Source: an uncultured Candidatus Poseidoniales archaeon
Lineage (GTDB): Archaea; Thermoplasmatota; Poseidoniia; Poseidoniales; Thalassarchaeaceae
Length of the DNA: 52,659 nt
Assembly: GCA_902573115.1 (NCBI GenBank)
Contig: CACGIM010000004.1
Coordinates: 1 to 52,659, forward strand
Direction: 5' to 3'
Shown: in pieces, positions 28,025-38,232 of the stretch
Numbering within the stretch: the stretch's first letter is position 1
Layout of the letters: every line of letters begins with the position of its first letter
Position numbers and translations under genes: made by a program
The notes under the pieces: model-generated
Seen by the model: the letters and a program-made list of their open reading frames with translations, nothing else
What the model was told of the DNA's origin: nothing
Databases searched by the model: none

Positions 28025-29684
28025 ACGTAGAAACACCTCCAGAAGATTCTCCCCACTGTTTTATCCTTCTAACTATTCCAACCAGTTCGTCGGGTCTGTA
28101 ATTTCTGTCCTCGAAAATAAATCGAACTAGGACCGGGTCACGGATCATCCCTTGAAGCTCAGCTGCTGGCATAGCATCGAACTCCTCCCTTGACAATGCG
28201 TTGATGTTCCTCACCCTTGTGAGAAGAACTTGTCTTATCTTCTCCGGTCTCTGGTAGTATTTGTATCTCTCAGCATCTCCAAAACCGTAGTAGACCACTC
28301 TGAATACATGCCTCCAGTCTTCAGGATCTTCCTTCCTGATTAACACAGCCTCAAGAAACACAAACAAAATCAGGAACAAAATCAGCATTGCCATCCAGTC
28401 ATTTGTGAAGTATATCAACAGGTAATACAGTAGGTTGTATGTGTCTCCGAAAATTGTTGGTTGCTGGTGTCTGCTTTCATCAAAAATTACTAGCGCGTTT
28501 TCACTAGGTTGAGTACCATTATCATTGAGTATCAGTGCTTCGGCTACCACATCCAAAATCCATTTCCTGTTATCATTCTGAGGTACTAGCCCAAGGTACT
28601 TGGATTCGAATTCTGGATCGTATAGGGAGTTAATTAGTACCGATCCATCTGAAATAAAGTGTACTCTGCCGGAATCATAGCCTCGGCACAATATGGCCTC
28701 GCAATATCTCACATATACAGGAAAGGGTCCTTGCTCGTCTCCAACAATCCCAAAGGCGGCGTAGCTTCCAACAGTGTAATTTCCATCATCGTTGTTATCT
28801 ATCCAAGAATCCTGAGTAGTTTTGGAAACTACATATCTTCGCTCAGCTGGGTTGTAAGAGCTGGTCTTTTCAAATGCAGAAGGGGTATTAGTTAGGATGC
28901 TGTAGTCCTGTGACCAGTCCCACCTTGGTTTATTTGTTGATTGGTCGTTGCCTAAAAAACGATGAGAACAAAGTCCGGTTGACGACGCCGTGAGGAAATT
29001 TGTACCTATTTCAGGATCTGTTGGGTCCTGATCTAGAACGTCCACCACTCCATCCATATCCGCATCCCTGAGGCATGGGTTAACTCCAGTCTGAGCCCCT
29101 TGGGATGAGGTAAAATTGAACGCTGAGGTAGTATTCACCCAAACGAAGTCAGAGCCTAAATCGTTATCGTAGCTGAAGTCGGTGTATAGCCTATGATTAG
29201 TAAATTCCAGTCCAAACTCTCCTGCCAAATTGCTTGAATACCCGAAATCGTCCATCAGAATAACAGTACCACCCCTCTCTACAAATTCCTTAATTGCTGC
29301 TATCTCAGATGAAGTATATCCGTCTCCTTCAGAGAACTGAACTATATCGTCTCCTCCTGTAAAACGAGGAAGCGAAATTGTGTCCCTCTCTACCCCAGAG
29401 ATGATGAATATAGTTTCCTCAGGGTGATCCAGATCACTAAGTAATAACGGACTTGAGACGAGTGCGGTAGTCTCCACCCCCATTCCATTTAGCTCACCTC
29501 GGAAAGACCCTAAATCGTTCCATTCGTCCCCATATGCAGACTGCTGGGTTTGACCGGGAACAACATATGTCATTGCGATAGATGACAGCAAAATTACTAG
29601 CAAACCCCAGAAAGAAATCTGCAGTGCCATCCTTCTGTTTTTGCGAGAATTAGCGAAAGAAGACACTCGGTTCCAATCAATCAT
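28014..29684 (-). CDS. DUF4350-like membrane-anchored protein
   Basis: N-terminal TM, IKEFVERGGTVILMDDFG, GRVHFISDGSVLINS, VIFDESRH and a second TM; overlaps the DUF58 start. Confidence 0.7.
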   Translation of the reverse strand: MIDWNRVSSFANSRKNRRMALQISFWGLLVILLSSIAMTYVVPGQTQQSAYGDEWNDLGSFRGELNGMGVETTALVSSPLLLSDLDHPEETIFIISGVERDTISLPRFTGGDDIVQFSEGDGYTSSEIAAIKEFVERGGTVILMDDFGYSSNLAGEFGLEFTNHRLYTDFSYDNDLGSDFVWVNTTSAFNFTSSQGAQTGVNPCLRDADMDGVVDVLDQDPTDPEIGTNFLTASSTGLCSHRFLGNDQSTNKPRWDWSQDYSILTNTPSAFEKTSSYNPAERRYVVSKTTQDSWIDNNDDGNYTVGSYAAFGIVGDEQGPFPVYVRYCEAILCRGYDSGRVHFISDGSVLINSLYDPEFESKYLGLVPQNDNRKWILDVVAEALILNDNGTQPSENALVIFDESRHQQPTIFGDTYNLLYYLLIYFTNDWMAMLILFLILFVFLEAVLIRKEDPEDWRHVFRVVYYGFGDAERYKYYQRPEKIRQVLLTRVRNINALSREEFDAMPAAELQGMIRDPVLVRFIFEDRNYRPDELVGIVRRIKQWGESSGGVSTYVD

Positions 29685-29771
29685 TCGGGCATCCTCCCTT
29701 GTCCTATAGGAGAGTGAGCCCGAAGGTCATTTTATGACCGTTATGTGACCCTGAACGAAAACTGCATCTTA

Positions 29772-30026
29772 CTATCTGGAGAGCTCAACCACCGATCCAA
29801 TGGTAGCAACTTCCTCCACAGGAATAGAAAGAAGGCCTTCTGTTGTTGGCCATGGAAGCTCGTTTGGATCGATACCGGATTCTGCTACCACCAAAATTGA
29901 CACGATATTTCCAGTTCCTAAATCTACTGTGAAGTCAGCAAGATGGCCAAGTAAGTCTCCGGCGGCATCCACTACCTTTCTAGTTAGTATCTCCTTTCCG
30001 AATGTAGTCCTCATCAAATTCCTCAA
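29772..30026 (-). CDS. PRC-barrel domain protein
   Basis: [30 protein letters not shown]...[13 protein letters not shown] pattern; ATGA overlap with the cdc48 stop. Confidence 0.82.
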   Translation of the reverse strand: MRNLMRTTFGKEILTRKVVDAAGDLLGHLADFTVDLGTGNIVSILVVAESGIDPNELPWPTTEGLLSIPVEEVATIGSVVELSR

Positions 30027-32248
30027 ATCAATTCAATTCCCGAAAGTCCGGAAGAAGTCCTCCTTACGGATTCTAGTCCACTAGTTAGTGATCCCTCCAT
30101 CTTTGAATAGTACTCCAACATCTCCTCCGTCACAGTTGGCCTTACCATCTCCGCAGCCTTTTCGAAATGTTTCTTTGAGACTGTCTTCTTTCCGTCTCTC
30201 ATTGAAATCAAAGCTGCCTCCCTGCAAACCGCTTCTATGTCTGCACCCGTGTAGTGCTCCATCATTCCTGCAAGCTCTTCAATCTTGAATTTACCAAGCG
30301 GCATCTTTGCAGCATGGATCTTTAGTATCTCGGAGCGAGAATCTTTGTCAGGCGGGGGGATGTGGAGGACTCTTTCGAACCTACCACTCCTCATTAGAGC
30401 TGGATCAATCATTTCAGGCCTATTCGTGGCTGCAACGACGATCACCCCTTCCATACCTTCCACCCCATCAAGACTGCTCAGCAATTGGTTGACAACCCTA
30501 TTCATAACATCGGAGCCCTCTCCGGAATGACTTCTTCTCATCCCGGCGATACTCTCAAACTCATCAAGGAAAACAATGGAAGGGCTAGATTGCTTTGCTT
30601 TCTTGAAGACTTCTCTGACTGCCTTTTCAGACTCTCCGACCCATTTGGAAATCAGCTCAGGCCCCTTTATCGATATGAAATTCGCCTTTGCTTCGTTTGC
30701 AATCGCCTTGGCGATGAGTGTCTTTCCAGTGCCGGGAGCACCAAATAGCATTATACCCCTAGGGGGGCTTATTCCGAAGTGTTCGAACTTTTCTGGCATC
30801 GTAAGCGGCCATTCTATACTCTCCTTCAGCCTCTCTTTAACATCTTGCAACCCGCCAACTTGCTCCCAGGTAACTTCTGGTACCTCTACGTATATTTCTC
30901 TCAATGCACTAGGCTCAATCTCTTTTACGGCCTCTTGGAAATCGGACATCCTTACCTCCATCTTCTCAATAACCTCGGGAGGTATTTCCTCCTCGTCTAG
31001 ATCGATTTCTGGCAAATACCTCCGCAGTGCTTTCATTGCAGCCTCTCGGACTAAAGCCGAGATGTCAGCTCCCACGAATCCGTGTGTGTTGTCAAGAAGC
31101 CAATCCAAGTTGTAATCATCATTGATTGGCATATCTCTTGTGTGTATACCCAGAATCTCTCCCCTGCCTGCCTTGTCGGGGACGCCTATCTCTAGTTCCC
31201 TGTCAAATCTTCCAGGTCTCCTCAGGGCTTGGTCAATTGCATCCCGTCTGTTGGTTGCCCCAATCACAACAACATTGTCTCTACCCCCCATACCATCCAA
31301 CAATGTCAAAAGTTGTGCAACTACACGTCTTTCGACCTCTCCTGTTACATCCTCTCTTTTCGGAGCTATGCTATCCAATTCATCAATGAAAATAATAGCA
31401 GGTGAGTTGGCAGCTGCTTCGTCAAAAATCTCTCTGAGCTGTTTCTCGCTTTCCCCATAGTACTTTGAAATAATTTCTGGGCCATTGATTGAAGTAAAGT
31501 GTGCTTTGGTTTCGGATGCCACGGCCTTGGCGATCAATGTTTTACCAGTACCCGGAGGACCATGCAATAGCACTCCTCTCGGTGGCTCTATTCCGAGTCG
31601 CCTGAAAAGAATTGGATGCTTAAGTGGAAGCTCTATCATCTCCCTGACCTTTTGCAGTTGGCTACCAATCCCCCCTATATCTTCGTAGGAAATCGATTGG
31701 ACCAGATCTTGTTCTTCTTGATCTACCGCATCCTCCTTGATTATAATTTCAGTATCCGGGAGAACTTGGACTATTCCCTTGGGACTAGTTTGGACAATTG
31801 CGAAAGGAAGCGCTTCTGCGAAAAGAGTCATTCCGGGAATAAATATCCTATCTCCAGCGACGACAGGCCTCTTGTTCAGGCCCCTCCTTGCAAATCCCTC
31901 TATTCCGGGGCCGAACCTTACCTTTTGTTGCTTGGCCATTACCGGGCTAAGTACTAGCTTAGTGCAAGGCTCTACTTCGACCTTCCTGATTTGGACCCTG
32001 TCCCCTAGGCTCACTCCTGAGTTTTTCCTAATAATGCCATCAATCCTGATTACCCCGAGATTAGCGTCTTCTGGCCTACACCTCCATACTATCGCTGCAG
32101 TTTTACTCTCGCCCTCTATCTCAACAATGTCACCTGGTTTTAGGTTTAGGTCATTGTCAAAGGGTACCCTTGCTCTTCCATGGCCAACATCACTAGGAAT
32201 GGCTTTTGCCACTCTTAGGGTCAGCGAATCCGCACTTTCTGAAGCCAT
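30023..32248 (-). CDS. cdc48: Cdc48/VAT family AAA+ ATPase
   Basis: N-domain plus two AAA modules ([16 protein letters not shown]), [21 protein letters not shown] and [13 protein letters not shown]. Confidence 0.96.
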   Translation of the reverse strand: MASESADSLTLRVAKAIPSDVGHGRARVPFDNDLNLKPGDIVEIEGESKTAAIVWRCRPEDANLGVIRIDGIIRKNSGVSLGDRVQIRKVEVEPCTKLVLSPVMAKQQKVRFGPGIEGFARRGLNKRPVVAGDRIFIPGMTLFAEALPFAIVQTSPKGIVQVLPDTEIIIKEDAVDQEEQDLVQSISYEDIGGIGSQLQKVREMIELPLKHPILFRRLGIEPPRGVLLHGPPGTGKTLIAKAVASETKAHFTSINGPEIISKYYGESEKQLREIFDEAAANSPAIIFIDELDSIAPKREDVTGEVERRVVAQLLTLLDGMGGRDNVVVIGATNRRDAIDQALRRPGRFDRELEIGVPDKAGRGEILGIHTRDMPINDDYNLDWLLDNTHGFVGADISALVREAAMKALRRYLPEIDLDEEEIPPEVIEKMEVRMSDFQEAVKEIEPSALREIYVEVPEVTWEQVGGLQDVKERLKESIEWPLTMPEKFEHFGISPPRGIMLFGAPGTGKTLIAKAIANEAKANFISIKGPELISKWVGESEKAVREVFKKAKQSSPSIVFLDEFESIAGMRRSHSGEGSDVMNRVVNQLLSSLDGVEGMEGVIVVAATNRPEMIDPALMRSGRFERVLHIPPPDKDSRSEILKIHAAKMPLGKFKIEELAGMMEHYTGADIEAVCREAALISMRDGKKTVSKKHFEKAAEMVRPTVTEEMLEYYSKMEGSLTSGLESVRRTSSGLSGIELI

Positions 32249-32388
32249 CTTTCACTCCCTGCCATCAGGTCTCGGGCATTGGGGGTAGTTAAACCCAGCA
32301 ATAAAGCAGTCTCCACAGGGTAAAATGGTTATCGGAAAAAGGATGGTCGATGCGCATAATTCATTTCAGAATCTGTATTCGCGCACCC

Positions 32389-34017
32389 ATGACGCACGTA
32401 CTGGAGACCGGTTTTGAAGAGCTGAACAGAGAAAATCCCAATGGGAGCCCCGCAATTAGGGGGTACAACATTGTTGACGGAGAGCTGAAATCTTCGAGCA
32501 GTGGAGCTACATTTGAGAGCAGGAACCCGGCTTGGGTTGACGATTGTCTTGGTGAATTTCCCCTCTCAACAGAGGAAGACGTGCATGCGGCACTCAAATC
32601 TGCTAGGAAGGCCTTTCCAAGTTGGTCGTCCACTCCAGCACCTACCAGAGGGCAAGTCATAGGAAATATGGGTCGCCTACTGATGGATTACAAAGAAGAT
32701 TTAGTGCGGCTACAAGCTCGTGAAATTGGAAAGACGCTGAAGGAATGTGGTGGAGAGATTCAAGAGGCAATAGACACTTGCTTGTTTTTCCAATCTGAGG
32801 GTCGTAGACTTTATGGGCAAACAGTAAATTCTGAGCTCCAAGACAAGGAGCTTTTCACCTACAGGAGAGCATTAGGAGTCTGTGGCATAATCAATGCATG
32901 CAATTTCCCTTCCGCAGTACCATTCTGGAAAATGATTCCAGCAATCATGTGTGGAAACACCTGTGTTTGGAAGTCACCTCAAGATTCGCCTATGCTATCC
33001 TTTGCATTGGCCAGAATAATGCACGAGGCAGGACTTCCAAACGGCGTGATTAACCTAGTTCACGGAAATGGAAGTGGGGCCGGTCAAAGCCTAGTTGACT
33101 CAGCAGACCTTGGAATGGTCAACAAGATATCGTTCACTGGTAGTACTTCTGTTGGAAAGATGATTGGCGAAATATGTGGGAGGAACCTAGTCAGCGCTTC
33201 ACTGGAGTTAGGTGGCAAAAACCCACTTGTAGTGATGCCCTCTGCTGATATCGACAATGCTGTGGAGGGAGCATACTGGGCTGCTTTTGGGACTGCTGGA
33301 CAACGCTGCACAAGCCTAGGCAACCTCATTTTGCATCAAGATATTTATGACGAATTTATGGAGAAATTTATGGAAATGGTGGAGAATACCAGAATTGGAG
33401 ATTCTATGAGGCATGAAGATGTACTCTATGGCTCAATGCTATCAGAAAAGTACGCCATTGATTTCCTGAAAGGAGTCGAAATATGTGATTCTGATGGAGC
33501 TAAGAAAATGTTCGGCGAAGGGGCGATTACCGATGACAATAGACCAACAAACTTCCTCGGTGAGGCCTCAGATGGGTCATACATGTGGCCCCATGTCTAT
33601 GTTGACGTAACTGAGGAGATGAGTTGTTTCCACGAGGAGATCTTTGGACCTCTAGTTACTGTGGTGAAGGCCAAAAGCTTCGACCATGCCCTGCATCTAG
33701 CTAACGCATCTCCGTTCGGGCTTTCAAGTGCATGCTATACAAACGACAGGCTAGAGGCTTATCGCTTCAAGACTGGCATCAAAGCGGGTATGACAGGCAT
33801 CAACAACTCAACAACCGGTGCGGAGGCTCACCTACCCTTTGGAGGAGTTAAAGACAGTGGAAACGGCACCAGAGAATCGGGGATTTGGGTGATTGAAGCA
33901 TATTCATATTGGCATGCAGTAAATGACGAGCTATCTGGGAAGCTACAACTCGCCCAAATGGATGTCGAAGAGATCCACATCGAGGAAGCTGACGCCGACT
34001 ACTCAGCTCTGGCCTAG
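32389..34017 (+). CDS. NAD(P)-dependent aldehyde dehydrogenase
   Basis: Motifs NFP, FTGSTSVG, LELGGKNP, catalytic GQRCTS, EEIFGP and PFGGVKDSGNG. Confidence 0.93.
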   Translation: MTHVLETGFEELNRENPNGSPAIRGYNIVDGELKSSSSGATFESRNPAWVDDCLGEFPLSTEEDVHAALKSARKAFPSWSSTPAPTRGQVIGNMGRLLMDYKEDLVRLQAREIGKTLKECGGEIQEAIDTCLFFQSEGRRLYGQTVNSELQDKELFTYRRALGVCGIINACNFPSAVPFWKMIPAIMCGNTCVWKSPQDSPMLSFALARIMHEAGLPNGVINLVHGNGSGAGQSLVDSADLGMVNKISFTGSTSVGKMIGEICGRNLVSASLELGGKNPLVVMPSADIDNAVEGAYWAAFGTAGQRCTSLGNLILHQDIYDEFMEKFMEMVENTRIGDSMRHEDVLYGSMLSEKYAIDFLKGVEICDSDGAKKMFGEGAITDDNRPTNFLGEASDGSYMWPHVYVDVTEEMSCFHEEIFGPLVTVVKAKSFDHALHLANASPFGLSSACYTNDRLEAYRFKTGIKAGMTGINNSTTGAEAHLPFGGVKDSGNGTRESGIWVIEAYSYWHAVNDELSGKLQLAQMDVEEIHIEEADADYSALA

Positions 34018-34094
34018 TACCTGATTGTGTAGTTGGACCATGCAATCCCTTATGACACATCTAACATGCCAGATAATAACGGGTGGTGCTTGAG

Positions 34095-35003
34095 ATGAGC
34101 GAGAGCGTTAAGCTACCAATGAAGAAAGGCTTCGGTAGGACCGATCGTACCGATGATTGGTGGAAGGGTCCGACTGCGATGGCGGCTTACTTGGGACTGA
34201 TGATTGTTTATGCTACTTGGAGAGGTTTCATGGAGTCAGACATCCTGTTTTTCAGTGAGTTAGGGGCGTCCTCATGCGAGAACTGGGATTCAGCTAAATC
34301 CTTCAAAGATGTTTCCAGATGCCAAACAATGTCAATCGAACAAGAATCGAAATGGGGGACCAGTCATGTTCTTTCACCACTATACAGTCCACTAATCTTT
34401 CCACAATCATCATGGATTCCCAAAGATTTGTGGTGGCTTAGCCCAGCGATGTTCATACTAGTATTCCCAGCAGGATTTAGAGGAACCTGTTATTATTATC
34501 GAAAGGCGTATTATCGTGCATTTTTCCAGCAGCCGACCGGTTGTGCAGTTTCTAAGCCATGGAACGAGTACAGTGGCGAAAAGGGGATATTTGTAGTGCA
34601 GAATCTGCATAGGATCTTCATGTACATCGCTCTAATATATCTGCCAATTTTGACCTACGACTTATGGCTATCGGTCAACTTTCACGATGCCCCGGATGGG
34701 TCCGCAGACAGCTTTGGTATCTCTGTTGGTTCTCTGATACTTCTACTCAATGTTATACTCCTAACTGGCTACACTCTTGGCTGCCACGCTTTCCGTCATG
34801 TTGTTGGAGGGGGTGCAAACAATTGGTCTGGTACAATATTGAACAAAGCGAAGTATCTGATGTGGAAGATCTCGACGAAACTAAACGAAAGACACAAAGA
34901 TTGGGCTTTAATTAGCCTATTTTGGGTCATGTTTGCCGATTTCTACATTTGGATTTGCCAGGACTTTGGCATCACTGATTATGTTCTGATTGGAGGACTG
35001 TAA
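34095..35003 (+). CDS. Succinate dehydrogenase membrane anchor, Rv0249c/SdhF (type F) like
   Basis: Motifs SPLYSP, FRGTCYYYRKAYYR, QNLHR, YTLGCHAFRH and LNERH resemble actinobacterial Sdh1 anchors; directly upstream of sdhAB. Confidence 0.8.
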   Translation: MSESVKLPMKKGFGRTDRTDDWWKGPTAMAAYLGLMIVYATWRGFMESDILFFSELGASSCENWDSAKSFKDVSRCQTMSIEQESKWGTSHVLSPLYSPLIFPQSSWIPKDLWWLSPAMFILVFPAGFRGTCYYYRKAYYRAFFQQPTGCAVSKPWNEYSGEKGIFVVQNLHRIFMYIALIYLPILTYDLWLSVNFHDAPDGSADSFGISVGSLILLLNVILLTGYTLGCHAFRHVVGGGANNWSGTILNKAKYLMWKISTKLNERHKDWALISLFWVMFADFYIWICQDFGITDYVLIGGL

Positions 35004-36836
35004 ATGGATGAAAAAATCATCCATCATAAGTTCGACGTCATCGTAATTGGCGCTGGAGGAGCTGGACTAAGGGCAGCTATTGAGGCTAGCAGGGCAGGAG
35101 TTAGCGTCGCAATGATCTGCAAGTCTATGCTTGGTAAAGCGCATACTGTGATGGCAGAGGGAGGGGCGGCTGCAGCACTAGCGAACAAGGACCCTAGAGA
35201 CTCATGGCAGACGCACTTCCGAGACACCATGAAAGGCGGAAAGTATCTTGGAGACTGGAGGATGGCGCAAATTCACGCCCAACAGGCACCTGACAGGATC
35301 AGAGAGTTGGAACAGTGGGGGGCTGTATTCGATAGAACCCCCAAAGGACTCTCAAGCCAGAGGAACTTCGGGGGTCACACGTATCCAAGGCTTGCCCACA
35401 TAGGTGATGCAACCGGATTGGAGCTAATTAGAACCCTACAACAAAAGGGAATTCATGAAGGAATGGAGATCTTCATGGAGTACACAGTAAGGCGTATATT
35501 CAAGACAGATGGAAAGGTATCTGGATGCTTCGCATATGATAGGAACGATGGTTCCTTACACGTCTTTAAGGGAAAATCGATAATTCTGGCTACCGGAGGC
35601 ATCACGAGGTGTTGGGAGGTCTGCTCGGGATCATGGGAATATTCGGGAGAAGGTCATGCTTTAGCATACTGGGCCGGAGCGGAAATGGGGGATATGGAAT
35701 TCGTCCAATTTCACCCAACAGGGATGATCTGGCCTCCATCCGTGAAGGGCATTCTTGTGACAGAAGGAGTAAGGGGAGAGGGAGGGATGCTTACAAACTC
35801 TGAAGGAAAGAGGTTCATGTTCGACTATATTCCTGAGATGTACCGAGATGAGTTCGCTGATACTGAAAAAGAAGCTCTGGAATGGGTCGATGAAGTTGTT
35901 TCAGGAAAACTTGCAACAAGAAGAAGGCCGCCAGAGTTACTCACGAGAGATGTTGTAGCCAAGGCAATAAACAGTGAGAGGGACGCAGGAAGAGCATCGG
36001 AACACGGAGGCGCATACCTAGATATTTCTTGGAGAGACGAGGATGAGGTTAAGAAGAAACTACCTGGTATGTATCATCAGTTCATGGAGCTAGCTGCCGT
36101 TGACATAACGAAGCAACCAATGGAAGTAGGCCCCACAGCACATTATGTGATGGGGGGTGTGAAGGTCGATCCTTTTAATCAAGAGAGTTCCGTTCCGGGC
36201 TTGTTTGCGGCGGGCGAGGTTGCCACTGGTTTACATGGTGCGAACCGACTAGGCGGGAATTCATTATCCGATCTAATAGTGTTCGGAAAAATCGCAGGAG
36301 AGGCTGCTGCCGACTATTCAAAGGAACAACAGGATTACTCGGAAATAGATCAGTTAGAAATCGATGAAGTTGTCAATGAGACTCTAGAGCCATTGAGCAG
36401 GCAAGGAGGAGAGAATCCTGCCAGTGTTGTAAATGACCTGAGGGTAATGATGCAGAACAAAGCAGGAATAATTAGGACAGGGGATCTTCTTCAGGAGGCT
36501 ATGGCTGACTTGGATTTACTTACTGAGCGTTCAAAATCTACTTCTCCCGGAGGTGGAAGGGTCTACAACCCAGGATGGCACCAAGCTTTGGAGATTGGAG
36601 CTATGATTGATGTCAGTAGGATGTGCACAATTGCAGCTCTAAGGAGGGAAGAAAGTAGAGGAGCTCACACAAGGGATGACTTCCCAGAGACTGATCATGA
36701 ACATTGGGGAAACATAAACAGCGTGATTTGGATGGATGATAACGGAGAGATGAAGATTGATTTCGCCTCATATCCAAGAATTCCCAAAGAATTGAGATCT
36801 CTACTGGATTCAGAAGACTTGCACGAGGAGGAGTAG
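35004..36836 (+). CDS. sdhA: Succinate dehydrogenase/fumarate reductase flavoprotein subunit
   Basis: GAGGAG, FAD-His motif AHTVMAEGG, QFHPTG, TEGVRGEGG, HYVMGG, HGANRLGGNSL and REESRGAH. Confidence 0.95.
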   Translation: MDEKIIHHKFDVIVIGAGGAGLRAAIEASRAGVSVAMICKSMLGKAHTVMAEGGAAAALANKDPRDSWQTHFRDTMKGGKYLGDWRMAQIHAQQAPDRIRELEQWGAVFDRTPKGLSSQRNFGGHTYPRLAHIGDATGLELIRTLQQKGIHEGMEIFMEYTVRRIFKTDGKVSGCFAYDRNDGSLHVFKGKSIILATGGITRCWEVCSGSWEYSGEGHALAYWAGAEMGDMEFVQFHPTGMIWPPSVKGILVTEGVRGEGGMLTNSEGKRFMFDYIPEMYRDEFADTEKEALEWVDEVVSGKLATRRRPPELLTRDVVAKAINSERDAGRASEHGGAYLDISWRDEDEVKKKLPGMYHQFMELAAVDITKQPMEVGPTAHYVMGGVKVDPFNQESSVPGLFAAGEVATGLHGANRLGGNSLSDLIVFGKIAGEAAADYSKEQQDYSEIDQLEIDEVVNETLEPLSRQGGENPASVVNDLRVMMQNKAGIIRTGDLLQEAMADLDLLTERSKSTSPGGGRVYNPGWHQALEIGAMIDVSRMCTIAALRREESRGAHTRDDFPETDHEHWGNINSVIWMDDNGEMKIDFASYPRIPKELRSLLDSEDLHEEE

Positions 36837-36837
36837 A

Positions 36838-37776
36838 ATGTCGGAAAAAGTTACCTTCAGGGTGTTTAGAGGAGAGCCGGATTCGGACGGCGACCCCTTC
36901 GGAAAAATGGTTGATTACGAAGTAGACCTGGATGAGGGCATGGTCGTATTAGATGTGATTCACAGAATTCAAGCGGAACATGCTCCAGATTTATCCTGCA
37001 GGTGGAACTGTAAGGCAGGAAAGTGTGGATCATGCAGCGCTGAGATTAACGGTCATCCAAAGTTAATGTGCATGACTAGGATGGAAGAGGTATTCGAGGA
37101 AATGGATGACGAAACCGTACCGGTATTAGTAAAGCCGATGCAGGCTTTTCCATTGACCAAGGATCTAGTTACCGATACATCTTGGGCATACGAAACAGAC
37201 AAAAAAATAAAGCCGATTAATGGACCAATCGAGCCCGATTGGGAATTCCATCAGGAAGAAGCAGACAGGTTGCAAGAATTCAGGTCTTGCATTGAGTGTA
37301 TGTTGTGCGTAAACACATGTCACGTTCTAAGAGAGCATCAGATGTATGATGAGTTTGCTGGACCTAGGTTCTTCGTTAGATTAGCAAGTTTGGAGATGCA
37401 CCCTCTAGACACAGAGAATAGAATTCCAGAGATAAAAGAAGACTTTGGGATAGGGTACTGCAATATCACAAAATGTTGCACAGAGGTCTGTCCGGCGGGA
37501 ATAAAGATCACGGACAACGCAATAATTCCACTCAAGGAAAGAGTTGTTACAGAATACTTCGATCCGCTGGTAAATCCGGTTAAAACCGCAATAAATATCA
37601 GTTCAGGAGTTTTAAGCTACTTTACTGAGGATTTCGCCAAAACATCTGATCCAGGCAATCTCAAGAAGGCAAAGGGTGCTTCCGAGGATGAGAGATATAG
37701 AGCAGAAGAAGCGAGGAAACTGGATGCTAAAAGGACGGATAAGGCGAGAAAGAGGTTCCGTTTCAAATCAAAATAA
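36838..37776 (+). CDS. sdhB: Succinate dehydrogenase/fumarate reductase iron-sulfur subunit
   Basis: Cluster motifs CKAGKCGSC...C, CIECMLCVNTC and CNITKCCTEVCP. Confidence 0.95.
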   Translation: MSEKVTFRVFRGEPDSDGDPFGKMVDYEVDLDEGMVVLDVIHRIQAEHAPDLSCRWNCKAGKCGSCSAEINGHPKLMCMTRMEEVFEEMDDETVPVLVKPMQAFPLTKDLVTDTSWAYETDKKIKPINGPIEPDWEFHQEEADRLQEFRSCIECMLCVNTCHVLREHQMYDEFAGPRFFVRLASLEMHPLDTENRIPEIKEDFGIGYCNITKCCTEVCPAGIKITDNAIIPLKERVVTEYFDPLVNPVKTAINISSGVLSYFTEDFAKTSDPGNLKKAKGASEDERYRAEEARKLDAKRTDKARKRFRFKSK

Positions 37777-37861
37777 ACGCGCTTGGATGGTTGTACTTTA
37801 TCCTTCAGAGCTGACGCTAATCAGGGCAAAGAACCCTACTGAGCTTGGAAAATCCGCTCGC

Positions 37862-38125
37862 TCAGACTCGGTCTATTCTTAGCTTCTTCACGTTGGCCTT
37901 GTTTATCATATCGGGAAGCCAGTCCGGCGCGTTTGGTCCTTTTGGAACCTTACTCTTCGATCCTGAGAACACATGAACTCTATTTGTTCCCCTCTCCCTT
38001 AGGTGAATGTCTGTGACACCCCTGGATGCTGCCTTCAGGGCTGCTCCCCTGGGCTGCTTGCTGTGGAACACTTGAGCAGTGTCCTTGCCGTTCTGCATCA
38101 ACACGAAATATTTCTTGTCTGCCAT
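37862..38125 (-). CDS. Non-histone chromosomal protein MC1
   Basis: YFVL...KQPRGAALKAASRG...IHLRERGTNRVHVF...PDWLP...KANVKK is the MC1 signature; a GGAGGA SD lies upstream. Confidence 0.9.
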   Translation of the reverse strand: MADKKYFVLMQNGKDTAQVFHSKQPRGAALKAASRGVTDIHLRERGTNRVHVFSGSKSKVPKGPNAPDWLPDMINKANVKKLRIDRV

Positions 38126-38232
38126 ATTTGGATTCCTCCGGCTGCTCGCTGGGCTCTATAGGTATTAAAGTGTGAGGCGGATTTAGCGCAAACAATGGCT
38201 GAGTTGTCCGTATTTCAGGTTTCTAGGATATT

